Assembly (NCBI GenBank): GCA_951406725.2
Contig: OX597816.1
Location: forward strand, 62,682,001-62,746,000
From: Octopus vulgaris
Taxonomy: Eukaryota
Direction of reading: 5' to 3'
Length of the DNA: 64,000 nt
Both the position numbers and the translations under genes were made by a program. Positions 12,020 to 25,420 of this stretch are shown here, piece after piece (the stretch's first letter is position 1; each line of letters begins with the position of its first letter). The notes beneath the pieces are model-generated. The model saw only the letters and a program-made list of their open reading frames with translations. It was not told where the DNA came from and ran no database searches.

Positions 12020-12584
12020 TTGGGTTGTCCGGAAAGTTCGTGCCAATTTATAGTAGCTTAGCTTTCGAATAATTTTAAAACATGTTCGAGTCCATAAAAT
12101 AGGATTTAACTACACCTCCATTTAGAGCACAGTTTATGCTATCTTTTCGTGGAAGAAGGTTTATGTTCCTATAACCTCTGTTAATTTTGTAACCCTTTAA
12201 AATGGAAGGTAAGAAAGCTCATTTTCGGCACTTGATGCTTTGGGAACCAGACAAAAATTGCCGCAGCTCGGCTGGGATGTGTTGCTACACCCTCCATATT
12301 CACCAGATATTGCTCCTTCGGATTTCCACTTATTCAGGTCTCTGCAGAATAGTCTTAAGAGTAAAAATTTCAATTCCTTGGATAACGTAAAAAGATACCT
12401 TGATGAATTCTTTGCCATGAAACCACTCAATTCTGGGAAAATGGTATTTTCAAGTTAAAGGAAAGATGGAGACGCATTGTGCAACAGAATGGTTCATATT
12501 TGGTTGATTAAAAATGTAATGGCAAGTATTTATTGACCATTTTCTTTCCTTTAAAAATCGGCACGAACTTTCAGGACAAACAAA
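12020..12584 (+). mobile_element. Internally deleted mariner element with TIRs and TA TSD
   Basis: TIRs ttgggttgtccggaaagttcgtgcc and ggcacgaactttcaggacaaacaaa; N-terminus MEGKKAHFRH joined to HPPYSPDIAPSDFHLF. Confidence 0.92.
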
Positions 12585-13659
12585 TACAACTTTGAGGGAA
12601 ATTGTAGATCTCACGGACTAGTAATCATTATATTACAACTTCGCCAATGATCTACCGATTCGGGTATTAACGATCTTAAGTCCATTGATAATGGTTTCTA
12701 ATCAGATTATAGGGAGAGTATTTAGCTGGTACTAATTCTTTATCTCACAGATGGATAAAAGAAAAACATCCGCCAGATTTGTTTGGTTTACCAAACCTAA
12801 TAATGTGACTCATGATTCCTAGAAAAAGAAATGCAACGGAAAACGTATATTACAAAATATGTCAATATACACAACTAAGTGATAGGCTTTCTTCTCTTCT
12901 AGAGTTATTGACACAACCCATAAACATATTTAACGTACGAATTAGAACTTCCATTATACTACCAAAACAGCTGACATTATAAAATCTACTGACGATCACG
13001 GACACATTACACCAACATCAGAAACAAGGAAAGCAAGGAAAACACCTATAAGAATGAAAACAATGAGATAATAAAGACAATAAATAAACAAAGTTGGCAA
13101 ACATTTATATTTAACATAACCCACCACACAAACGGTTAAAACATTGTATTGAGTAATTAGCATTATCAACAACTTGTAACAATGCCCAAACCACATAGAA
13201 CATTGTAAAATAGCAATCTCAAATAACATACTAGCATTCCAGCAGTAAACAGACGCCCTTATCACACATTTGTAGTAATTGAGCAAAGAAGAAATGAAAA
13301 GCAGTTGCAAAATATATGGGCCAACTCCATACTGTTAGACACAAGAAAAATAATGGGACAATCAAAAACTGAAACGGTTTCGTAACCGATGGAATTCTAG
13401 GTATGTATCTAAGAGATCTAAAACCAGAAGAACTCAACAAGATATTGAACTCTGCTGAGGGAACCTCATGGTGGTCGCTCTATCTGCTAAACATAACTGG
13501 TGAGTATCCTGCAGATGGCAAAAGCACTGTGTTGGATATGAAAAAACAAAACGAAACATTAATTGCATTCACCATGAGAGAGAAATTTGTCAAGGCGGTA
13601 CCTGCTCAGAGGCCGACGCAAAGTTGCAGAAAGTGTATGGACAGGAGTGTATGAGGCGC

Positions 13660-15190
13660 ACTCAAGTGTACAAATTCCACCCACCTCACAGAATTTATCA
13701 AGGATATCCCCATTGAATCCAACAAGATGGTGAGTCTAGGTGTTATAAGTCTGTTCACCAAAGTCCAAACTGGTGAAGCACTATCGGTGATTCAAGAAAA
13801 ACTAGTGACAGACACCTATCTAAAAGAACGCACTAGTATACAAATAAGAGACTTGATGGAAATGTTGACGTTCTGTGTAGAAACTACCTACTTCAGTATG
13901 GACACTGATATATACATCGAACAAAAGAGGGTTTAGCTATGGGTTCGCCATTATCACCGATAATAGCCAATATATACATGGAATACTTTGAGAATTTGGC
14001 TTTAGGGTCAACACCACTAAAACCAACCCTATCGCTGCTATATGTTGATGACACCTTCATATTCTGGTCCCACCAGGAAGATGTCCAAGTGCTGTTAGAT
14101 CATGTGAACTCAATTAAGCCATTCATACAGTTCATAATGGAAAAAGAAAAAGACAATCAGCTAGCATTCCTGGACTTATTAATAACACGCACCAAGTATA
14201 GATTCAGGACATCCGTATACCACAAGCCGACCTTCACAGGACGATACCTCAACTTCAGTTCCCACCATCCATACAGTGTAAAGAGAGGGATTGCTCAGTG
14301 TCTAAAATATCGAGCAATGAATATAAGTAGGGATCGTGATACCCACCACGAAGAAATGATCAAGCTCTGTAACAATCTATTAAGCAACAACTACCCCAAA
14401 AGCATACTCCCCACTCCAATTAGGAAGAAAGGAGAGAATGAAACCGATAAATTGTCCACAATCTGTGTATCCTATGTGAAATGCCTCTCCGAAAAGATAC
14501 AAAAGATACGTGGCCCATATGACATCAGGCCAGTATTCAAGAGTAATACAGCACTTCGCAAATATCTCCTTCGAGTAAAACCACCAGTAGAAGAGAATAT
14601 GACTAAGAACTGCGTGTACTCCATCTCATGCAGCTGTGGAAGGTTATACAAAGGCGAAACATGCCGCCCCCTCAAAATAAAGGTAGAGGAACATTGCAAA
14701 GCTGTGACACGGAGAAATATTGATAAATCGGGTATAGCTGATCATGTATGGAAAAATGGAGACCACATCCCTCTGTAGGATGAAGTTAAAATAATAAACA
14801 GAGAACACCACTGGCAAATACGAAAACTAAAAGAAGCAGCACATATGCTAGGGCATAATAACCTCCTAAGCAAACCTAGTGCAGATATGAACAGCATATG
14901 GAAACCGGTATTAAGGAAGGATAGAAGAATATTAGATTTATAAGCCCTAAAATTCACTGCATAATTTGCCCACGGGCATATGGCGTAGTGGTTAAGAGCA
15001 TGAGCACCCCAAGATTCCGAGTTCGATTCCAGGCAGCGATAATAATAATAATAACAACAACATAGAAAAATACTTTAGGTTCGAAATTTCCACATGAAGG
15101 CTGGAGGGTATAGCTGGAGGACAAATATCTGTCAATTGTAAATAATGTAAATAATGTACATAATTCCTCATCTCTTAAATATAGAACTGT
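13660..15190 (+). mobile_element. Penelope/Poseidon-type PLE relic (RT plus GIY-YIG) with 3' terminal region
   Basis: MGSPLSPIIAN, YVDD, YHKPTFTGRYLNF, CVYSISCSCGRLYKGETCR; nonsense codons at 13934-13936 and 14776-14778. The 3' region recurs at 23797-24084. Confidence 0.92.
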
Positions 15191-15199
15191 GTTTCCAAG

Positions 15200-15742
15200 A
15201 TAGCCGGAAAAATGTCGATTTTGACGAATGTTCTGGGGGACCCGCTACCAGCAGAACTGAGAAAAACAGCTGTGAGGGGAAATCGTTGAATCACCATCCG
15301 TGAATTATCAGAGGATGTGCAGATTAGTTACGTTTCAATTCAGTCCATTATCACTGAAGATTTGGGCATGAAACGCGTCTGCCAAGTTTGTGCCAAAACT
15401 TCTTTCGGCTGACCAAAATGACACTCAAGTTTCAGTTGCACAAGATCTCATTGATTGCGTCGAGAACGAGGAAATTTTTTTGAAAACTTTGCGTCGGCCT
15501 CTGAGCAGGTATCACCAAGTTTTTGGCAAAATTTGATGCAGATTTTCTGCTCAACTTTCTCTGTTATCGTCAATGCGAAGATCACACGTTTCACACCTTT
15601 CTTCCAAGCTCTGCTGTAAACTGTAGAAGTAAGATAGAACGTTAAAACTTAATGCTCATGCACAGCAGAGTTAAAGGTACTCTGCGTGCTTTAGCTTCGT
15701 GACTATGGTAAAAGACCGGATAGTTATTGATCAGACCACGTA
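15200..15742 (+). mobile_element. Decayed mariner transposase remnant
   Basis: Reads ITIRELSEDVQISYVSIQSIITEDLGMKRV then, after a frameshift, KFVPKLL; TIR-like end gatcagaccacg followed by TA. Confidence 0.7.
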
Positions 15743-16273
15743 CACGTAAATACATGGTAACCTTGTGATTGCCTTTGGCCATGAGTATTCATAGAAAATA
15801 AGAATTATACTTACTAACTGCTAAATCTTCCGGTATTGGGAAATAAGTATCGTTATCACAATTTTTAAGTCTAAGCAAAGCATAAGGATCACACGAAGCT
15901 TTTACCATTCTATATACATTCTTAGAAATGATATCACTGACACACATTTCTCTATTAAAGTCGTAACGGGTTCAAATCACGGTATTAAACCAACAAACTA
16001 TACACAAAGCTTACATAAAATATACCTGATGACTTTGAAGTTGACAAAAAAGATTTTAAAAAAAACAAAGGATAATGCATTATTCTCGCTACCAATAATA
16101 TCAGCAAAGCTTTCAGCTTCATCAATAGTTTAGTACATAAACACAAGAAATAGAGTACATCGTAAAGAAGCACGGAAGGCAGTAGAGCAGTGCACGTATA
16201 TCATTTTAACAAGAACTTGAGGCTCATTACTTCCTGTCGTTCACTATTCACAACACTTCTCTATTTCTTGCAG

Positions 16274-16378
16274 GAAAATACATGTGGAAGCAACAAATCA
16301 AACATTAACTGAATGGAATGGGAATCATTTGAAAGTATTTGATTTCCCCGTCGGGAAAAATAAATGCAGCCATGACGA
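16274..16378 (+). pseudogene. Candidate 105-nt exon (KIHVEATNQTLTEWNGNHLKVFDFPVGKNKCSHD), possibly from a decayed host gene
   Basis: Acceptor ttctctatttcttgcag, donor gtaagc, one open frame, length divisible by 3. Confidence 0.3.
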
Positions 16379-17689
16379 GTAAGCTGACCAATATTGTGAT
16401 AATTTCTGAAAATGATCACTCAGAATTATAACAATAAGACTCTTATATCTTAATCAGCAAGAAGTTACAAAAGTGACTCAATGTCCGAAAGTTTACTTTT
16501 GTAACTTTCTGCTAATAATAAAATGAAAAAGAGAAAACAAAATAAAAATCCTATATGCACTCAATCTTGTTTTGCAGTCCAAATCTAATAAAATAACTGT
16601 AGATTCCAAGCAAAAGTCATTCAACGAAAAACTAGTTTTATTACATCGGATATCAATATACACGACTGAGTGACAGGCTTGCTTCTCCAACAATCAGAGT
16701 AAGACAACAAACGTAAGATGTACGATTGCATTGTTTTAACGTTGTTCTACATTAGACATAGAAACACTTGCCGACTGAACAGTCATAAATATTTAGTCAT
16801 AAACGGCTTACAAATATGCACTCGTTTGACTGGCATGTTTCCTTCTGTGAAATGATATTAATGCATTACTTGCTTCTATCGTTTTAATATCTCAGTGTAC
16901 TGGACACAATAAAACAGAAAATGAATATAACGACTGAGTGAGAGAGTGGATTCTTACTTTCTTTAATATCTGTAGACAAGTATATGCCTCAACAGAAGTT
17001 GAATATAGAACAAAAAGAGAAAGAAATATATTACATGTAACATTACACAATTTGGGAAATGAAGCAATTGTAAACAGGAAAGGAAAGCTCTGAGAAAAGA
17101 ATGTCGTCTATAATTTTAAAGAATCATAATTTAATAAAATTACTACTGTCAGAGTCAAACATCAAATAACGACCATTAATGGCATCTCGGAGTTTATGTT
17201 CATCTAAAATCGCTCACAGATGCTGTATAAAAGTGTTAGAAATTCTAGGTCATTTTGATTTCTATTTCTTCTTGATACCTGCCTGCACATGTCTGCCATA
17301 TATTATAGAACTGTGTGGAGTAATTAAGGATTATGCGTTAGTTAGATGAAGTATGACAGCGTCCGAAACCTTGGATTGACTTGTAAGCATGTTGATATAA
17401 AAAGAGAGTTGGAACAATAGGCAACGACTGCTATTGTATGAAGTAACAATTCTATATCGGCTTTGGAAGATGAAAAGCAAATAGAACATTTATGAGGCTT
17501 AAACTCAGAACGTAAACAAATGCAAAACATTTTGTGCCCTACATTTCTGATCCATAGTACAGTGTCAGTAAATGTTACGAGTGAGAGATTTTCAGGTATT
17601 GAGGGGAGCTGCCATCCTAAGAATTTTAAGGAATGGTATATCTCCCCCTGTGGAGGATACTCATTTTGCAAACCACTACATACATACAT

Positions 17690-17726
<37 letters not shown>

Positions 17727-18289
17727 TACGCTCGCACGCATGCATGCATGCACACGCGTACACACGCATACCCGTTTGTACACACACATGCAGAGAAAGT
17801 GAGAAAGCCATTTTGTAAAGCTTTTTGTGGTTCAGATAATGTACAGCATTCAATCTACCGTACTATCCTCAAGTGCTTAATTATAATATCCTGGCCCAAA
17901 TACTAGTCCTGTACACATATTATTGATCACTAAAGTACAAAGAAAGATAGAGCGGTGAGATTACATTTGTTGTTGTGTACTTTATATCTCTCTATGCTAC
18001 GGATATCGTTGATTTGACAAACGGTCAAGTTTACACGAGTTAGTTACATTTGGATTGTTATCTGCTCTTTTACAAATGTATATACCACAAGGTATTTGCA
18101 GAGAGTGACACCTATTTACTCTGAAAGGTACGTTTATAGTTATTTCGTGTTCTATGATGCTTCCGAATAGCTGACCATATGCCACATTCCAGTATTCGGT
18201 GATGACAAATTCTCTTCGATTAACGGTTGGCTGTATTTCTGTATATTCTTCTTGTGTTAACAGTAGAGACCGGAAATGTTTATTTAACC

Positions 18290-18892
18290 AGAGCGTAAAC
18301 TTCAAATTGGTTTGCAAAATTTTGTTCTGTTAACTTTGACCTCATAAATGAGCAACGCGGTCGACTAGAAACAAGGGTGGGTAATGACAAACTGAAAGCT
18401 ACCGTCGAGTCAGATCTATTTCAAAGTGCCCGTGAATTATCGTTGTTGTTTGGTGTAAGCAAGCAAACAATATTGACTCACCTAGTTCAAATTGGTAAAG
18501 TGAAAAAGTTAGATAAGTGGGTTCCACATGAACTCAATGAAAATCAGAAACAGCAACGTTTGGAAGCCTGCATTATGCTGCTTTCTCGTCACAAAAATGA
18601 ATCATTTTTTAATCGAATTGTAACATGTGATAAAAAACGGAACAAATACAACAACCGTAAATGTCCAGCACAACGGTTGGACAAAGACGAGCCACTAAAA
18701 TATAGTCCAAAAAGCAAAATCCATCAAAAGAAGCTGATGGTGTGTGTTTGGTGGTCTGGCACAGGTGTGATCCATTATGATTTCATTAAACGTAAGTCAT
18801 CAAGTATACTGCAGCCAAATGGACTAAATGATGGAAAAACTTACAAAAAAAAACAGCTTAGAATAGTCAACAAATCCACACTTATTTTTTAG
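18290..18892 (+). mobile_element. Mariner transposase fragment
   Basis: GKVKKLDKWVPHEL, RIVTCD, KKLMVCVWWSGTGVIHYD. Confidence 0.88.
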
Positions 18893-19486
18893 TGTTTATC
18901 GACAATGTTATTGCTTTTACATCTGCTAATCAAATTTACCTGCCCATAAAAGTCAAATTTACTCAGCAAGGTCAGCTAAAATTACATAACTATAAACCAG
19001 TGGTATGCCAAGCATCCTCTGAAAAAATTCCATATCTGTAAGTAAAAAAGCCACAAAGTTACAAGCAAATATTGTGGATATCAGTTTTGAACGTAAATAA
19101 TTCAAAATAACATGGACACAAAAGGTCTTAGGTGCTTTTTTTCCCCTGACACACAAAACACAGCCTCGCTCGGTTGGGACTACGCGTGTGTTACTTTGGC
19201 ATCATTATTCCATAAAATTTATTGAAAAATATCAATAGATGTATCAGTGAGAAAGAAACGAAGATGGAGGTTTTGGGATATGCTAGAAACAACAGCAAGA
19301 TCTCCATTAAATCACACATTTTTCTCTAAAATTATTAACATTTATTTTTAAACCTAAAATGTTTCTCTCACAGGTTTTAATTGCGTAGTGAAAAAAGAAA
19401 TGGCGAACTTCGCCTTGGACTGGTGTGGTGACGAGGGTGGTGGGAGTGGAAAAATGTTTTCAAAACTCTTTTCTTTTTGTTTTTCG

Positions 19487-19559
19487 TGATTGATTTAAAA
19501 TGTAATGGCAAGTATTTATTGAGCTTTTTCTTTCCTTTAGAACTTTCCGGACAACCCAA
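19487..19559 (+). mobile_element. Orphan right end of the 12020-12584 mariner family
   Basis: aatgtaatggcaagtatttattga..gaactttccggacaacccaa-TA matches 12510-12586. Confidence 0.8.
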
Positions 19560-21184
19560 TATAAGCTTGAACCTGCAGCTAAGAGAAGTGCCCACTGAAG
19601 TTCGACTATTGGAACTGTGAATTCAAGATCAATCACATATAATCTTTCCTGGTATAAAATTTAAGATGAAGTGCAATGTATTAGCATTTTTTAACGCTTC
19701 ACCAATGTAGTCGTGCCGTAATGAATAATACATGAAGAGATATTGTCTTTTATTTCGCTCTACAGTGAAGACTGTTTTGTTCTTGACTTAGAGATAACAA
19801 TACAAGATAACATTGAATATAAAGAGAGTGACAAGTGTATAACAAGGAATATAGTTTTCAAAGATGTTATCTTCTAAGATTGCACTTTCACTATCACCTA
19901 TAAAGACGGTATTCCATTACAAGTATCAAACGCCCGATACAAAAATACAATTTCTAAAGGAATTATGTATTTTACGGTTATCTGTAAACTTCCAACACTC
20001 CTATATTTTGGGAAATAGCGTGGAACTTTCATGGGTAGTACTTGTGAATTATAATCTGTTAATCTACATTATCCATAAGCTATGATAAACATACTTTGCC
20101 AAGTATTTCTATTCTCAATAAACGGAAATGAAAATAGTTGGCAAGTAGAGAATTAAATTGCGTTAGATAGTCGCCTTAAAGCCAAAGAATAAAAGAATTT
20201 GCAAGAATTCGCTATCTGTCCCAGTAATTAAATATATCTTAATGGAGATAATTAAGAAGACCGTGAATTGTACGTACGAAAACAATACAAATGGAATTCT
20301 AAAATTAAAATACCTGAAGATAATGATGGCAAAAGACATCCTTATAAGGTAAAATATTTCTGACTTAATTATCTAAACATAACACAATAAAATATCAGAA
20401 GATATAAGAAGTTCTTCAAAACCTCTTTTGATTCAGTTGAGGAATGAAAGAACAAGAAACGAAAGAAATATTTGGAGACAAATACAATCTTTTATAACTA
20501 AACATGCGTTAAAGATATTTATCGTTCGTGACAGCAAGGAAACCAAATATTAGTAACTAAGGAATAATGAAGTTATAAATTCTGGTAAAAATAACACTCA
20601 AATATCTAAATTTTCTTTTAATTACATCCTGTCTAGTAAGGAATCGGCATATTGTATAATGTTGTCACCAATAGTCGGTAGTTTATTCTTCAATTGAATC
20701 TAAACAAAATTTTTAAAATATGTCATTCTGGCATGATATAATATTCGGTCATATGAATGTAATTGTATCACACCTATTTTCCCTTATAGAGACATATTTG
20801 CTTGGGCTGCCTGCTGGAGCCTAGCAACAAGTATTTAAAGGGAAATTTGACAAGACGGTCAGTCGCTCGCTGACACTTGTTCATGCTACCTCGAAGAGGC
20901 CAAGGAACAGAAGAAAGAAGACACGCACCCAACATCAGAGCTGAAGACACCTCCGAAAGGGGGTGCCCCACCACGTCAAAACGGTAGAGGAGTAGGGGCC
21001 AAAACTGGACTTGGCCCCTCCTGATGATGTCTTGAGCTAACTGGATCCTATAAAGGAGCTGTTGTGGTAGCAGTCCACGAAAGACGGTTGAAATTCCTGA
21101 TAGATTATTTTTGCTTATATACCTTAGTCTATCGTAGAGTATATCTGTATATGATTATAATAAGCCAGCTATTTCTATATATGT

Positions 21185-21354
21185 ACAGGAACGTAGAGCT
21201 CTGTGATAATTAATCCCGCTCTGAAGCCACGGGGTTCGGGATGTGTGTTCTATTGTGCTGCACCTTGGACAAGTGTCGTCTGCTACAGCCGTGGGCCGAT
21301 CAATGCTTTGTGAGTGGATTTGGTGATCGAATACTGTGTGACAACATGTCGTGC

Positions 21355-21360
<6 letters not shown>
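21185..21360 (+). mobile_element. Degraded family B SINE, 5' half
   Basis: caccttggacaagtgtc..gggccgatcaatgctttgtgagtggatttggt. Confidence 0.7.
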
Positions 21361-21387
<27 letters not shown>

Positions 21388-21582
21388 CCGTGAAATAAGG
21401 TGGAAAAAAGAGTACTCAAATACCAGAGGTAGAGTAATATGCTTTATTTAAAAGCAGCAGAAATATAACAAAAGCTGTTACTTGGAGTTTCACGTTCCCG
21501 TCGTCGGACAGTTTTTTTTTAACGAACGGGAACGTGAAACTCCGAGTAACAGCTTTTGTTAAATTTCTGCTGCTTTTAAATA

Positions 21583-21587
<5 letters not shown>
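21388..21587. mobile_element. Fold-back HHR element between (TA)n and (CA)n
   Basis: Arms 21441-21503 and 21523-21587. HHR on minus at 21475-21511: ctgt CCGACGA cgggaacgt GAAAC tccaa GTA acag. Confidence 0.8.
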
Positions 21588-21650
<63 letters not shown>

Positions 21651-23276
21651 TTAATTTGGTTACATTAATCATTAGTAACAAATGTGAAACAAGTGATGAG
21701 AGGATAGAAGCTGGAAACATGTATTCATGTATTTAATCAAAACTTTTATTTAGTTATTTCTTCGACAGGTCAAATATATTTTATTGCGTGCCACAAAAAT
21801 CCCTAAGGATAAAAAATAAAAAAAACTCTTGGGATATTTCTGTGCACTTTCGATTGACCATGTATTAATAGACGCATTAAATTATTTTTTTCTTATTGAC
21901 ACTCATGCTATTGTTGTTGTTGTTGCTTGTTGGTATTATTGTTCATGTCTGTACGAACAGAGTAATTAATGGTGTTTCATCACTAACCATCCGCCCTTAT
22001 ATCTTTCAGAGTTAACATCTCTAATACTATATAAATCAAAGTATAACATCTTTCATTGAATGCTAGGATTTGATTTGAGGGTTATTTGACAGTGATTTCT
22101 AGTGTTCTTCATGATCATGTCCCCGTTTTTTAGTCCTATGTGAATACTGATTCCCAAAACATGTAACCAGATTCGTCCCAGCCATGAGTTTCCGGTCTAT
22201 TTATTTGAGGATTGTTCGTCTAAGATCGCTATTTTCAGATATGTAGTTGTTTTTTAAACTCCTAAGTTAACTCTAACTTAGCAACTACTTAAATACATTA
22301 AGCAAGGAAACCTTAGAAGTCTTATTGGGGCGTATCTTTTGAATATTCAATGTTGCACTCAGGATCCACACTTGTGCCATAGAAAGCGAAGAGATGTTCT
22401 AATGATAAGTCTAATGACCAATGGTTGAATACAACTGGTTGCAGAGAAGAAAAATAACATACAGGATGTTTCTCACTGTCATGAGATATGTTGGATGCCT
22501 GACGTAAAATGGTTCATTTATTGTCATATAAGAAAGGCGAAAGGTCTTTGTATTAAACTTTTAGAAATATATCAATGTTTGTTTGTATTTTTCCTGACAA
22601 TATTCCAAACATAAGTTGGGAATAACACGGTCGAGGATTCATTTCGGCATCTAAGTACAAAACACAACAACACCAATAATATTAATAACAATATCAATAC
22701 CATTAATAACACCAATAACAAACCAGATGTAAAATTTTACTCAATGAAAAACCAAAAAATATATAAATAGATAAATGAACTATACGAAAAAATACGGTTA
22801 ATTCTGACAATGCGCCAGCATGACCAGAACCGTAACGATGTAAAGTTTGAAAAGAACTAAAGAGATAATAAAAGGATGGACAATAAATAGATATTAGAAA
22901 GAAGTAGAAGAAAAAATATATAGCGATTATAACACTCTAACAAAAGAAAAAATTCTGTATTGAAAAAGTAACTTGAACAGCAACGACAAAGTGCTTTTGC
23001 TAAGATTTATATTTAATTTAAAGACATTACACTGATTTTGTTGTTCTATAGACGAAAACACACGTGGCAAAATAAAAGAAATAAATTATAGATGACAAAA
23101 AAAAAAAAATGATAATGATAATAGAAACAAATAAAAAAAGGTTTTCTGCTATTTCTCTTTTCTTTTTCAAGACAATATTTTATTATGAGGTTTTGTTCGG
23201 GAGAACAAAAGTAGAAAGTGAAAAGCAAGATGGAACACAATTATTAACAAAACACAAAAAAATATGCATAAGAAAT

Positions 23277-23308
<32 letters not shown>

Positions 23309-23796
23309 GTATCTATGTATTAGGAGACAGTTATTGAAACATTCCGACTATAATTTTCTTTATTTGTTATAGTGGTTATTTATTTATTTTTGGGTGATAA
23401 TTTTTTGCGATTTTTTTAGTAACATTATTTCTATCAAATTAGTGTTGCTGTTGTTGTTGTTATATCAAATAATATTGATGTTATAAATAATTAATAGCAT
23501 TTAAGTACGACGAGACAAAATGGGAGCAAGTAAATGGTACCAGCAGACCTTTTCTCCAAAAATTGATTGGGAATCGAAATAGTTTGTTCCTATGCAACAT
23601 GATGACAGCTAACCTATTGCCGTACTTTGGCAGGCACATGTTATTAATGTTAGATTAATGTGTATAGGAACGAGGCACTTGGGGTATTATAATATCCCTT
23701 TGACTGTCAACTTTGGAGAAATCTTGATTTGGGTGATTATCTCCTCATATCATAAGGAGCTGAATTTAATTGTCATTTGGTAATTATATTTAGGTT

Positions 23797-24084
23797 TATA
23801 AGCCCTAAAATTCACTCTATAGTTGCCCACGGGCATATAGCGTAATCGCGAGTTTAATTGCAGGCAGATAATAATAATAATAATAATAATAACATCAGCA
23901 AAAAATACCTTAGGAATGAGAACCTAGGGTTGGGTCCAAAATTCTACCAGGACACCTGATGAAGCCTGGAGAGTAAATCAGCCGAAACGTTGTGGTAACA
24001 ACAAACAAGATGAGGACAAATATCTATCCAATGTAAATAATGTAAATAATGTACAGAATTCCTCATCTCTAAAATATAGAACTG
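23797..24084 (+). mobile_element. Solo 3' terminus of the 13660-15190 Penelope family, with HHR
   Basis: Colinear with 14937-15190. HHR at 23952-23995: acac CTGATGA agcctgg..tcagcc GAAAC GTT gtgg. Confidence 0.85.
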
Positions 24085-24670
24085 CATTTCAAATGTACAA
24101 CCAGGCCACATACACGTGCACAAACACACACGCACACACACACACACATTTTGTAACGCTAATTCTACCTGAATATTGTACTAAAGATGCGTGTATCTTT
24201 GATATAGTACCCTGGAATACTCTGGAAAACTCAGCTACTTATACGCTAACTCAATGAGCGTGTAACTGAGTCAATCGAACAAATTAACATTCATCGTCAA
24301 AACGCCGTGGATCCATTGACTAAGCATTCACTTATTTATCTCTTATTAAATTACCCACCAAACACGCACCGGTTTCACTATTGTTTCTTCTGAAGCGCAA
24401 TGGTTAAGCCATATTTAAAAATCAGCCTGATGGCCTTCATCTTGTTGCAATCGAGAATGTCGATGTATCTAGCAGCAGCATTGTCCCAGATAGACATGTA
24501 GGAATGGTCGAAAATTACTTGTAGTTATCTAACTCTACGGAAATGAATGATAAATTCGAACATGATAGGCCTTATGCTTAAATATTCGAAATATGAGGCC
24601 AGGTAACTTGAGGAGTGTAATATGTTCCGTCTGGGTATCTATAGCTTCATGCTAATTTTTTACTGTTGTA

Positions 24671-24881
24671 CAGGGTGTCCACAAAGTCTGGGTACATGGA
24701 GTAAATAAAATCATAACATAAATAATGAAATATAAGAAATAATAATTTCTTAAAGTATATGTTAATCCCCATGTGGTACATGGAGTAACTAAAATCATAA
24801 CATAAAGAATTAAACATAAGAAATAATAATTTCTTAAAGTATGTGTTAATCCCCATGTACCCAGACTTCGTGGACACCCTG
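24671..24881. mobile_element. Tc1/mariner-type MITE with internal 84-bp duplication
   Basis: TIR cagggtgtccacaaagtctgggtacatgg; TA on both sides. Confidence 0.88.
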
Positions 24882-25190
24882 TAGAAATGAACATGAACCC
24901 CTTCGTAGTCATAGCAATGTCTTCCCAGCAGCATACCTTACCAGCTTAAAAACTGACGTATTGGATAAGGGAATATTGAGTTGCCTACACATAACACGAA
25001 AACAAAAAAATAACTAGAATCGGTTGGAATACTTATGACCATAGTTCTCCTTGATTACTAGCAACAACATTTGGAGGGGGACTGATGCATTATACAAATT
25101 CAGTTGGAGACTTAAACGATTTTCTCATTTTATGTCTAAAATGAAAAGGTTTGCTATTAGTAATATAGAGAGGTTCTATTAGAACAAACT

Positions 25191-25382
25191 ATACTGCGGT
25201 AGTACCATGAGAGAGAAACTCTCATATTCGCTTTTTTGGTGCAAATGCACTCTTGCACCAAAATTACGTGTTCCGGCGCTGGAGGAAGCTGGGATTTATT
25301 TCCTCGCTAGCGATATGAACGAGAGCGCATTTTACACCAAAAAGCCAATATGAGAGTTTTTTTTTCATATCTTCCGCAGTTT
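25191..25382. mobile_element. Degenerate MITE-like inverted repeat
   Basis: aaactctcatattcgcttttttggtgcaaatgcactct pairs with gagagcgcattttacaccaaaaagccaatatgagagttt. Confidence 0.6.
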
Positions 25383-25420
25383 ACTTTACCGTCACATTTA
25401 AGTGGTTATAGATATTACCT

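Noticed and set aside
14975-15040. Functional tRNA gene
   Set aside because: Has A and B boxes but the anticodon arm is damaged and no acceptor stem forms; part of a repeat.
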